Below, in pieces: positions 1 through 8,422 of a DNA stretch of 64,000 bases (the stretch's first letter is position 1; each line of letters starts with the position of its first letter). Made by a program: the position numbers and the translations under genes. The notes beneath the pieces are model-generated. The model did no database searches. It was not told where the DNA came from and was given only the letters and a program-made list of their open reading frames with translations. The stretch lies in IMG/VR virus record IMGVR_UViG_3300033995_001164, positions 62,001 to 126,000 of that record. One strand, written 5' to 3'.

Positions 1-162
1 TTCATTATTCTCCAAATACTCGATAATGTCAATCATAAGTTCATCATCATCAAGAATTCCCATGTTATTACATAAAGCAAACAAATCGGTTGCTTTAATA
101 ATCCATCTTTGGACTTTACTATCGCTAAGTTGTTTTATAATAAATTCATTTAGTTTTTCCAT
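1..162 (-). CDS. hypothetical protein, runs off the left edge (MEKLNEFIIKQLSDSKVQRW...)
   Basis: Manual translation from the ATG at 162, 1 nt after the stop of the upstream gene; open to position 1. Confidence 0.65.
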   Translation of the reverse strand, partial: MEKLNEFIIKQLSDSKVQRWIIKATDLFALCNNMGILDDDELMIDIIEYLENNE

Positions 163-163
163 C

Positions 164-508
164 TTATTTTGGTCGGTTCTCTTCAAACCATTCTACTATT
201 GCGTTTATCACCCATACCGCACCTGATGATAGAATCCCGTCAAAAAACCAACCAATCCATAGTGGAGTTCCAAACAATACAGATGTTGGTGAGAATACGG
301 TTAATGATAGGAACCAACCTCCGTGAAAAGAAAAGCACATTGGACAGGTTAATATACCTGAGATGAAGTGTCCTAATCCATTGAGTGGTGTGTATATATT
401 ATCACCCCATTTTTTAAAGAAGTCCCTAACCCCTTGAAAGATTGACCCGTATACCATAATATTCATAAGCCCGTAACTTAAAATGAACCAAGTTAAAATG
501 TTAGTCAT
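164..508 (-). CDS. small membrane protein, DUF1360-like
   Basis: Three hydrophobic segments and an ILTCPMCFSFHGGW motif resembling the DUF1360 CPxC..W signature. Confidence 0.55.
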   Translation of the reverse strand: MTNILTWFILSYGLMNIMVYGSIFQGVRDFFKKWGDNIYTPLNGLGHFISGILTCPMCFSFHGGWFLSLTVFSPTSVLFGTPLWIGWFFDGILSSGAVWVINAIVEWFEENRPK

Positions 509-524
509 ATTTTCTATTTTTTTT

Positions 525-1043
525 TTAAATTTTATTATCTAAATTTGAACCTTTCAAATACATCGCTTTGGTTCCTTCATTATATTTTTGAATATCTTGA
601 ATTGTTTTCTCATATTCTTTTATTGTTCGGTCCTTCTCAATATTATCAAGTTTTAATTTTTCAACTGTGTTTTGGAGAGCATCTAATTTAAGTTTTAATT
701 TATTGTCGGATGTCTCTTTTTCAACAATAACTTCTTTATTTACCTCAACTATCTTTTCTATCGGAACCTCTTTTATCACTTCAACAAGTTTCTCAATCTC
801 AACATATTCAATCTTGACAACTTCTTTTTCTTCAACCACAGGAACCTCAACATACTTGATAACTTCTTTGATAACTTCTTTTTCAAAAACATTCCCCGAA
901 CCTGACAATAGTCCGTACTTCTCAATTGAAAATCCTTCTGAATAACATTTCTTAATAATCTCTTCAGGGTTAAACTTATTAAGTTTACAATAACTTAATA
1001 AGTCCTTGTGTTCTCCGGAGGTTAGTTCAAGATTGATATTCAT
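525..1043 (-). CDS. coiled-coil protein with V/I-E-K-rich (VEVIKEVP) low-complexity repeats
   Basis: EKEVIKEVIKYVEVPVVEEKEVVKIEYVEIEKLVEVIKEVPIEKIVEV tract followed by a heptad-like C-terminus. Confidence 0.6.
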   Translation of the reverse strand: MNINLELTSGEHKDLLSYCKLNKFNPEEIIKKCYSEGFSIEKYGLLSGSGNVFEKEVIKEVIKYVEVPVVEEKEVVKIEYVEIEKLVEVIKEVPIEKIVEVNKEVIVEKETSDNKLKLKLDALQNTVEKLKLDNIEKDRTIKEYEKTIQDIQKYNEGTKAMYLKGSNLDNKI

Positions 1044-1594
1044 TTTAATTTTCTTTTAGGTGTTGGCTCATAATAATCATTATCCCAATCAGGTTCGATA
1101 GTTGGTGTATATTGCATCCCAGTTTGATAGTTATTACCAAACCATTTCCTATATCTTTCTTCGTAAGTCAATTCCTCACAACAATTCCCACCCCACTTTT
1201 GGTAGAAGTCATCGTCAAATAATAATTTATCAATAAATTGCCATTTATCCCAAATTAAATCGGGGTCAGCATCCGGGTCAGGAGTATCCAAAAATGTGTG
1301 AAATAACCTATCTGTTGTATTCATCGGAATAATATCCGGATTCGGTTCACCACCTCGTAATTGATTTAGAATCTCTTGGTCAATTTCTTTTTGAACTTCT
1401 TTGAATATCTCAGAAGTTAATTCATCGTGTTCTTTTTGTTTTTTAATTTCTCTTTCAAAAGTTTCCGGAGTTAATTGATGTAAACTATCAATATGAAACC
1501 ATTGAGTTGGAATTGTAAAAACCTTATACCCATCAGTTGGATTACCACCAATTGTAATACCATTTCTTATGTATTCGTAAATCTTGTTATCCAT
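1040..1594 (-). CDS. hypothetical protein
   Basis: 184-aa ORF overlapping both neighbours by a few nt, as in an operon. Confidence 0.6.
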   Translation of the reverse strand: MDNKIYEYIRNGITIGGNPTDGYKVFTIPTQWFHIDSLHQLTPETFEREIKKQKEHDELTSEIFKEVQKEIDQEILNQLRGGEPNPDIIPMNTTDRLFHTFLDTPDPDADPDLIWDKWQFIDKLLFDDDFYQKWGGNCCEELTYEERYRKWFGNNYQTGMQYTPTIEPDWDNDYYEPTPKRKLK

Positions 1595-2372
1595 TATTCA
1601 TAAGTTTTTCAGTTCCTTTTTCAATACAGTCAAACGAGTCTATCGAAAATTTAAGATATGGTTTTGAGTTAGGTAAATCAACAAAAGAGTACTTATCAGT
1701 ATCAATGTCGTAAACTCCGTATCCATGTTTACCAACACTCTCACCAAAATTTTGTTGTATTGTTGACCCAATCATAACACCTCTTTTCCCATTTGGGATA
1801 TTAAAGGTCGCACGTTTGTGAATATCTCCACATAGAATAAGGTCTAGCCCATTAAATTTTTCAATATCGTATGCATGAGAACCAAAGTCAAACCCTAAAT
1901 CCGTAGTTAATCCTACAACCGGGTCATGAAATAACCCTATTTTAAATCCAGTCGCAGTATCAATTTCCGGAGGAATGTTTCCTTGGAATTGTGAATATAC
2001 ACACCAAGACACATTCTCATCTTCATAAATCCCCCTATCTTTATAATAAACAATATTAGGGTTATTTAAGTTAGAAATAATCGGGGTTAAACTATCCAAT
2101 CTATCATTATTATTAATAAGAGCATCATGATTACCCGCAATCAATACAGTTTTCGCAATCTTAGCACATTCGGTCAATAACCAAGACGCAACCTCAATTA
2201 CTTCAGGCGTTAGTTGATTTTTTGAGTGTAGTAAATCTCCGGTGAAGGTAATTCTGTCCGGTTGTAATGTTTTCCACTCGTTCAGTGCTAATTGAAGAAT
2301 TTCACGGTATAAATCGTGGTCTTTAAATAGTTTGAGGTGTAAATCAGAGAAATGTATAATTCTGTTTATCAT
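1587..2372 (-). CDS. Mre11/SbcD-like metallophosphoesterase nuclease (T4 gp47-like)
   Basis: Motifs HFSDLH, TGDLLH, AGNHD, LFHD and GDIH. Confidence 0.85.
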   Translation of the reverse strand: MINRIIHFSDLHLKLFKDHDLYREILQLALNEWKTLQPDRITFTGDLLHSKNQLTPEVIEVASWLLTECAKIAKTVLIAGNHDALINNNDRLDSLTPIISNLNNPNIVYYKDRGIYEDENVSWCVYSQFQGNIPPEIDTATGFKIGLFHDPVVGLTTDLGFDFGSHAYDIEKFNGLDLILCGDIHKRATFNIPNGKRGVMIGSTIQQNFGESVGKHGYGVYDIDTDKYSFVDLPNSKPYLKFSIDSFDCIEKGTEKLMNNG

Positions 2373-2608
2373 TATTCTTTAATTAAAATTTTTTCTTCTT
2401 CCTCAAATGGATTAAACCCTTTGTTTATATGTCCACAAGAATCACATTTGTAAATTGGGAACGGTACTGTAGTGTCTTCCGTTGAACCTGTCATTAGTTT
2501 TGGGACTCTCTTTAGGAAGATTACCTCTCTAAAGTAAATTCCATCACAAGACTCACATTTTATCGTTGGACACTCTTTTAAATTAATTTTCGGTTGTTGT
2601 AATTCCAT
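2372..2608 (-). CDS. small zinc-ribbon protein (start probably MELQQPK at 2608)
   Basis: CESC...CDSC pair; the track's start at 2644 lies deeper inside the upstream gene. Confidence 0.65.
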   Translation of the reverse strand: MELQQPKINLKECPTIKCESCDGIYFREVIFLKRVPKLMTGSTEDTTVPFPIYKCDSCGHINKGFNPFEEEEKILIKE

Positions 2609-3470
2609 ATTGTTTTGTATTAAGTTTTTTAAGAAAACCATCAATGTTTTCCTTTAGATTAGAAATATACGAAGGTTCTACCGATTCTTCAAGTTTTTCC
2701 AAACTATCTTTTAACAAATCGAAATTTAAATTCTTCAATGTACGACTAAACGCATTAATAGCGTCAACAGAATCTTTAATTTTCTTATAAGTTATAAATC
2801 TAACTCGATAAATTGTCATCAATTTAAAAAGTAATTCTTCATCCCAACCATATCTAATTATTGATTTATCATCAATAGTATTGTCACTAGCATTGTAAAT
2901 AACGACAGGACTGTTAATTCCTGTCTCTGACCATTTCATATAAAAAGCAATCTTTCTATACGATATTGTTTTATCATCAGTTTTATCAATCAAATAAGCG
3001 AGTAAAGCATTTTTTGAGTAGTTATTGAATGTTGATATGTCATTTTTTGATGCAGTGCACCATCTAGTTCCCGCACCATATTTTAATGAACCTTTATGTG
3101 TTTTTGGAATAATAAAAAGAACTTTATCGTCTTCATATAAAACTTCAGCATGTTCTTCCCGACAGAACCCTTTTAATTCTTTATCAGTTTCTGCTTTATC
3201 CACAATTTCTTTTAAAGTAGGAATATGACCATATTTTTTATCGTAGATGTCTTTGTCTTGAATATAAGGTAATACCTCATCAAATCGATTAACCAAATCA
3301 ATTAACATATCAATTGTTCTAACACACCCGTTACTATTTCGGTGAGTCCAAGATTTTAATAAAAATTCGGTATATTTTCTTGTTGGTGTTTTATCACCAT
3401 TAACTAATCTATTGAAAGTTTCTATCTTTAACGACCAATACTTAACTTTTAATTCATCTATTTTTGACAT
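2583..3470 (-). CDS. conserved phage hypothetical protein with a KYGAGTRWC motif
   Basis: 295-aa ORF containing YEDDKVLFIIPKTHKGSLKYGAGTRWCTAS; a promoter-like element lies upstream. Confidence 0.6.
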   Translation of the reverse strand: MSKIDELKVKYWSLKIETFNRLVNGDKTPTRKYTEFLLKSWTHRNSNGCVRTIDMLIDLVNRFDEVLPYIQDKDIYDKKYGHIPTLKEIVDKAETDKELKGFCREEHAEVLYEDDKVLFIIPKTHKGSLKYGAGTRWCTASKNDISTFNNYSKNALLAYLIDKTDDKTISYRKIAFYMKWSETGINSPVVIYNASDNTIDDKSIIRYGWDEELLFKLMTIYRVRFITYKKIKDSVDAINAFSRTLKNLNFDLLKDSLEKLEESVEPSYISNLKENIDGFLKKLNTKQYGITTTEN

Positions 3471-3490
3471 GTTTATTTATTTAGTGGAGA

Positions 3491-3521
3491 TAAAGGTAAA
3501 TAAGTTTTTTACTTACCCAAA
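3491..3521 (-). promoter_or_regulatory. Bacteroidota primary-sigma-type promoter (TTTG-N19-TACCTTTA)
   Basis: One mismatch to the TTTG-N19-21-TAnnTTTG consensus, 20 nt upstream of the ATG at 3470. Confidence 0.5.
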
Positions 3522-4354
3522 TATTTGTTTGTATCCATCTCCAAAGTTGTTGTAATAACTTCTTTCGGAACCCGATATTCGTCAAATTCCGCATCTTCTT
3601 TTAAGTGAGTTACAATACACCCATATAACTTAATATTTTCGTATTTAGTACCTTCCAACATTTTGATTAGTAATTTACCATATAATGGTAATTGGACAAA
3701 GTAGTGCCCCAACGCATTGTCAGGTTGTTTTTGATATGGTTCCAACATTCTTTTTGTGTATCTTGTCTCAAGGAAGTTTTTTGGTTTGTTAGTCTTGTAG
3801 TCAGTAATAACTAAACCAAATTCATTTTGATGAATATTCATAATTAACCACGCTTTATCAGGCTGACCTACGTACCCCAATTCCGGGTCACCCAATATCA
3901 TCTCAGTATCAAGTAAGACAGCACCACGTTCTTCCATCAAATCAAGAAACTTTTTTCCCGCAACAATCATATTATCACTTTTAAATAATTGGACATTGTC
4001 ACATTCAAAAATTGGTTGTCGGACTTCTTTATACGAGCCATTTCTATTGATGAGCTCTTTTTCAAGTTCATAATGAACTCTACTACCCATATTGGTCGAA
4101 TAGAGTCCCGCTGCTGCCCACTCCTCAAGTAATTCTTTTTGTTTTTGTGGGTCGCCCTTGGCTTTAGTGTAGGACGCCTCCTCAACAGGAAACTCAGTAT
4201 AAAACTTCTTTAACACTTTTGACACCGAAGGGTAATCAGTTTTACCATTCATTGTATAAATGTGCTCTTCCTCCTCAAACGTCAATCCCAATGATTTTTG
4301 TCTTTGAGCGACTAATTCTCTTATTTCTTGTGCAATAGTTTTTAATTCTATCAT
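3509..4354 (-). CDS. PD-(D/E)XK exonuclease (RecB/Cas4-like fold)
   Basis: EMILGD...GQPD...ITDYKT...YFVQLPLY catalytic pattern; GSRVHYELE. Confidence 0.8.
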   Translation of the reverse strand: MIELKTIAQEIRELVAQRQKSLGLTFEEEEHIYTMNGKTDYPSVSKVLKKFYTEFPVEEASYTKAKGDPQKQKELLEEWAAAGLYSTNMGSRVHYELEKELINRNGSYKEVRQPIFECDNVQLFKSDNMIVAGKKFLDLMEERGAVLLDTEMILGDPELGYVGQPDKAWLIMNIHQNEFGLVITDYKTNKPKNFLETRYTKRMLEPYQKQPDNALGHYFVQLPLYGKLLIKMLEGTKYENIKLYGCIVTHLKEDAEFDEYRVPKEVITTTLEMDTNKYLGK

Positions 4355-4360
4355 ATTTTT

Positions 4361-4525
4361 TTATTTAAACATTGGTGTAAAATACTCAATTAGATATTTT
4401 GCGTAGTTAGTTAATAATTCGTGACCATCAAACATGAAAGTATCTTTTGAAGTATTAACGGCGTTTTGATACTCGTTTTTTAATCTTGAAAATGTTGATT
4501 TATCAACTGAAAGTGTATTTGACAT
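4361..4525 (-). CDS. small hypothetical protein (54 aa, MSNTLSVDKSTFSRLKNEY...FTPMFK), not in the ORF track
   Basis: Manual translation; fills the gap; near-consensus TTTG-N20-TTAATTTG element at 4549-4580. Confidence 0.65.
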   Translation of the reverse strand: MSNTLSVDKSTFSRLKNEYQNAVNTSKDTFMFDGHELLTNYAKYLIEYFTPMFK

Positions 4526-4586
4526 AGTTATTTTTATTATTTATGGTACAAATTAACAACATTTTTTTTATACTTCCAAATATTTC

Positions 4587-5489
4587 TTATAATATTTCAA
4601 AATAATATTCATCAATTTGACCTCTTAAGTCCGCAACATCCATATCTTTAGGTGGTTTAATTATTTTTATTTTATTATACAATCGACCGCCATTGAGTTC
4701 GTGATATAATTTTAATCCATCTTGAAAAGCGTCTTCATCAAGACAAATAATAATTTTACCCAATGCCTTCTCATATAAAGTTTCAAATAATAAATCACTC
4801 ATTTGCTTACCTAACATCACTATTGAATTATCCAAGAAAAATCCATCAAAAGCTCCCTCAACCAGATAAACATCTTTAAACCAATCAATACGATTTTCAT
4901 TAAAAATTATTTGATTTTTTTCAGCCGTTGGATTTTTATATTTCATTCTACCATTAACCCACGAACGAGCAACAAAATAATTTAACTTATTATTTTTATC
5001 AAATGATGGCACGATAACTCTATACGCAAATTCACCACTCACTGTATAACCTATTTGATATTTCTCAATTATTTCATCCGTAATCCCTCGAGAAGTTAAA
5101 TATCTATAAGCCTCCGCGTGTGGAATGAATCTTGGGTTGGAATCTTTGAATTGGGTGTACCCCTCAGGAAGTTTTAATTGAGTTTTTTTGGATTCTTTAA
5201 TTTTTAATTCCTCGGGTTTTACTAAGTTATAAATCTTTTTTTGTTCTTTAGTTCCATATCTATCAAATAATCTACCCAGAGGTCCGTGCATATTATTTTC
5301 ATCATCACAAGACCAACAATGAAATAAATGTTTTTCTAATGAAATTTCCAAATTACCTTTTTTTTGACCAACCCCACATTCAGGACAATTATACCCATAT
5401 TGTAATTTTGAATCATACGTCTTTTCAGGGTCTCCCAAAATTTCACATAAAATATCTAAAAGTATGTCTTTATCATCTACCATAAACAC
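4587..5489 (-). CDS. DNA primase (zinc finger + Toprim)
   Basis: CPEC...HCWSC zinc finger; YLVEGAFD, LDEDA and DVAD Toprim motifs. Confidence 0.85.
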   Translation of the reverse strand: MFMVDDKDILLDILCEILGDPEKTYDSKLQYGYNCPECGVGQKKGNLEISLEKHLFHCWSCDDENNMHGPLGRLFDRYGTKEQKKIYNLVKPEELKIKESKKTQLKLPEGYTQFKDSNPRFIPHAEAYRYLTSRGITDEIIEKYQIGYTVSGEFAYRVIVPSFDKNNKLNYFVARSWVNGRMKYKNPTAEKNQIIFNENRIDWFKDVYLVEGAFDGFFLDNSIVMLGKQMSDLLFETLYEKALGKIIICLDEDAFQDGLKLYHELNGGRLYNKIKIIKPPKDMDVADLRGQIDEYYFEIL

Positions 5490-5524
5490 AATTATAAGAA
5501 TAAAACACCATTATCCAAATTAAT

Positions 5525-6214
5525 TTAATCATTACCTTTACGTATATTATCTGTAGCCCATAAAGGTTGTAAATTATTTAACGAATTCACAATTTTAGGG
5601 TCAGAACCTTTTTCAAACTTACTAACAGGGATTATATGGTCAATATGCCACTTACCCCAATTATCCCAAGACATTCCTTCAGTAAATAAATTTTCCAGAT
5701 GATTTTTTAATTCTACCGCTGAATATCCTAAAATATCGTAGGTAGATGACTCTTTTTTACTGCCAAGTCGTCTAATAACCGAACCTAACATACTTCTCCA
5801 AGCATATATGTGAGGGTACCTAATATATCTTTTTTTGTAGTATTCGTTAAGTTTTTCATGATTATTTTTCGAATAGTTTTTAACTCTTTTTTTATGTGTC
5901 TCAGAAAACCCTGAAAAATTATTATAATTATATTTAAATTTATCACTACGACATTTTTTACAGACAGACCTATAACCATCTTTACTACTAATATGTTTAT
6001 GAAATTCACCAACACCTTTTTCAATTAAACAAATAGAACAAGTTTTACTATTTATAACAATCTTTTTATTTTTCCTATTTGTATGATATTCCTTCTTACT
6101 AATAATTTTACGACATTCTTTGCATTGATAATATCGTCCATCTTTCTCCCTAATATGATAATGAAATTCACAAACATCTTTTTCAATTAAACATTTACTA
6201 CATATTTTTCTCAT
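5525..6214 (-). CDS. HNH homing endonuclease with two N-terminal CxxC...CxxC zinc modules
   Basis: GMSWDNWGKWHIDHIIP...NLQPLWATDNIRKG; duplicated ICSKC/TCSIC...KDG...CKxC. Confidence 0.85.
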   Translation of the reverse strand: MRKICSKCLIEKDVCEFHYHIREKDGRYYQCKECRKIISKKEYHTNRKNKKIVINSKTCSICLIEKGVGEFHKHISSKDGYRSVCKKCRSDKFKYNYNNFSGFSETHKKRVKNYSKNNHEKLNEYYKKRYIRYPHIYAWRSMLGSVIRRLGSKKESSTYDILGYSAVELKNHLENLFTEGMSWDNWGKWHIDHIIPVSKFEKGSDPKIVNSLNNLQPLWATDNIRKGND

Positions 6215-6356
6215 TACTAAAATACTTTATTAATAATTTATTAACCAATGACGACAAATTAATAGATTTATCTCTAACAATTTTTTCAATATTAGGGTCT
6301 ATAGTGATAGACATCCTAATTTTCTTTTCTTCTAACTTTATTTGTTTACGTCCCAT
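6198..6356 (-). CDS. ribbon-helix-helix protein (52 aa, MGRKQIKLEEKKIRMSITIDPNIEKIVRDKSINLSSLVNKLLIKYFSNEKNM), not in the ORF track
   Basis: Manual translation; beta-strand (IRMSITID) + helix + INLSSLVN helix pattern; paralog at 53179-53331; overlaps the HNH start by 17 nt. Confidence 0.75.
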   Translation of the reverse strand: MGRKQIKLEEKKIRMSITIDPNIEKIVRDKSINLSSLVNKLLIKYFSNEKNM

Positions 6357-6426
6357 TTCAATAAATATATTACTTTTTGTTAAAGTATCATTTTTTTTAT
6401 AATAAAATTAATTTAATTTACCCTAA

Positions 6427-6573
6427 TTATGGTTCCAAATCTACAATGTGTTTCTTCCACCATTTTTTTAAACGACTATTGTCATTAAGTTTTTCAATCC
6501 GTTTGTCTATTGGAAAAATTAATAACCATGACAACGCAATTACACACCAAATTATAAAAAATACTATTTCCAT
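6427..6573 (-). CDS. small single-pass membrane protein (48 aa, MEIVFFIIWCVIALSWLLIFP...VDLEP), not in the ORF track
   Basis: Manual translation; hydrophobic N-terminus then a basic tail; overlaps the stop of the upstream gene. Confidence 0.65.
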   Translation of the reverse strand: MEIVFFIIWCVIALSWLLIFPIDKRIEKLNDNSRLKKWWKKHIVDLEP

Positions 6574-6968
6574 TTTATTGTTTTTATTTTCCAATTATTA
6601 TCAATACTTACCGCAAAATAAGCCAGATGTTGATTAATGTCCGTTAATAAACTATTTCTCAAAAAGATACCAAGTTTAATCGGTGAAACCTTATGAGATT
6701 TATCTGTTTTTATATCCGACCTATACCATTTACTTTGATTTGCAGAAGTTACAACCACCACATTTAATTCACCATCAAACACTACATCAATTTCATTATA
6801 ACAAGAATTAGGTGTTGTATCATAAACCCTATATCCCGTAATGGAAAAGACACCCCTATATCGTTTTCCAACAACAGGGATGTCTTTCGAATATTTTAAA
6901 ATTGTTTTTCTAAGATTTTTGGTTTCAGTATCTCTTCGAATTGTATTCATTCTGTCAAAATCATTCAC
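6564..6968 (-). CDS. hypothetical protein, probably early-expressed
   Basis: 134-aa ORF directly downstream of a perfect Bacteroidota promoter. Confidence 0.65.
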   Translation of the reverse strand: MNDFDRMNTIRRDTETKNLRKTILKYSKDIPVVGKRYRGVFSITGYRVYDTTPNSCYNEIDVVFDGELNVVVVTSANQSKWYRSDIKTDKSHKVSPIKLGIFLRNSLLTDINQHLAYFAVSIDNNWKIKTIKWK

Positions 6969-6987
6969 TTCACATTAATTTGTTCGG

Positions 6988-7019
6988 CAAAGATATAACA
7001 TTTTTTTCAATCTACCAAA
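6988..7019 (-). promoter_or_regulatory. Bacteroidota primary-sigma promoter (TTTG-N20-TATCTTTG)
   Basis: Exact match to TTTG-N19-21-TAnnTTTG, 19 nt upstream of the ATG at 6968. Confidence 0.7.
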
Positions 7020-7614
7020 TTCCCATCATTTTCATATAACCTAACGCACAAGTGTAACTATCTGTCATATCAAAATTTTCTTTTTTGAGAGTACTATTTC
7101 TAGTATATATCCAATTAATTTGAGGTTCTTTTTTAGCAACTAAGTCCCATATAATTTGTTTCTTGTCAATAGTTTTTGGTAATCCACCGAAAAGAACAAA
7201 CTTATTTTTATCATTCTCTTGAACTAATTCCGGGAATGCAAATTTTCTTGAATTATATGTTGAGATAAATTGAGGTACGACACCTAAAATATCGTAAACT
7301 TCTTTACATACTAAGGTATTAAATCTCAATAAAGTTCCAACAGTATACACATTATTTGAGTTCAATAAAGGTTCCTCAATAACAACATATTTAATACCCA
7401 TCCCAACATAACTCTCCAATTTTTGTTTGAAGATATCACTTTTAAGCATTAACTCTTCAATCTTGTTTTCAACTTTTGGTTTTGGGACCGGTGAAACATG
7501 AGTTAATTCTAATAATTCTTGACTTTGAATATCAAATAACGCAACTCCAACTGTTTTGGTTGACACATCTAATCCAAGGACTTTTGGGGAATCTTTCTTA
7601 ATGTTTTTTGTCAT
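7012..7614 (-). CDS. RuvC-like Holliday junction resolvase
   Basis: VLGLDVSTKTVG, VVIEEP and DMTDSY acidic catalytic residues. Confidence 0.8.
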   Translation of the reverse strand: MTKNIKKDSPKVLGLDVSTKTVGVALFDIQSQELLELTHVSPVPKPKVENKIEELMLKSDIFKQKLESYVGMGIKYVVIEEPLLNSNNVYTVGTLLRFNTLVCKEVYDILGVVPQFISTYNSRKFAFPELVQENDKNKFVLFGGLPKTIDKKQIIWDLVAKKEPQINWIYTRNSTLKKENFDMTDSYTCALGYMKMMGIW

Positions 7615-7615
7615 A

Positions 7616-8416
7616 TTAAATAATTTTACTACCTTTTTTTATATTGTCGATAGCCCACATTGGTTGTAAGTTAGTAAAATGACAGAGATTGTAAAGTTCT
7701 TCCTCAGTTTTGGCACTTGATAATGGTATTTTGTGGTCAATATGCCATCCATAATATCCGTAATTATCCCATGACATTCCTTCATTAAATTTTTGTTCTA
7801 AATGTTCTTTCAAAAATTCAGGAGAACAACCTATAATGTTAAAACTTTTATTATTTTTTCTTACATCTTTTAATTTAACATAAAAAAGTAACCTATTTCT
7901 AAGATTATGTTTTAATCTTTCGATTGGACATTTTTTTCGTTTATTTAACGAATTTGTAACCGACTTATTAATTAAATCTTTTTTATTTTTATCGTAATAT
8001 TCTTTCCATCTTTTTGTTTCTTTTTCAATATTATTTTTTCTATAATTTTTATTATATTCACCCCTTTTTTCTTTATTATTCGTATTTCTTTGTCTTGACT
8101 TCTCAATAAGAATTTCCCTATTTTTAGTATAATACTCTTTCCTTTTTATTAAAAGAATTTCCTTATTTTTTTCTATATATTCTTTCCTACCCTCTAAATT
8201 ATTAACATAATAATCTTTAAAATATAACTTAGTAACATCTTTTTTACTTTCTCGATATTTTTTTATTTTTTCAATATTTTTGTCATAATATTTTTTACTA
8301 ACATTTTTTCTACATTCTTTACAAATATTATTATACCCATCTTCCATACGACTATTCTTAAAAAAATATTCAACATTTTTTTCAAAGGCGCATTTATTAC
8401 ATTTTTTTGTATCCAT
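7616..8416 (-). CDS. HNH homing endonuclease (Zn ribbon + helical repeats + HNH)
   Basis: CNKC...CKEC; repeated YxxxNxE; GMSWDNYG..WHIDHKIP...NLQPMWAIDNIKKG. Confidence 0.85.
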   Translation of the reverse strand: MDTKKCNKCAFEKNVEYFFKNSRMEDGYNNICKECRKNVSKKYYDKNIEKIKKYRESKKDVTKLYFKDYYVNNLEGRKEYIEKNKEILLIKRKEYYTKNREILIEKSRQRNTNNKEKRGEYNKNYRKNNIEKETKRWKEYYDKNKKDLINKSVTNSLNKRKKCPIERLKHNLRNRLLFYVKLKDVRKNNKSFNIIGCSPEFLKEHLEQKFNEGMSWDNYGYYGWHIDHKIPLSSAKTEEELYNLCHFTNLQPMWAIDNIKKGSKII

Positions 8417-8422
8417 AATAAA

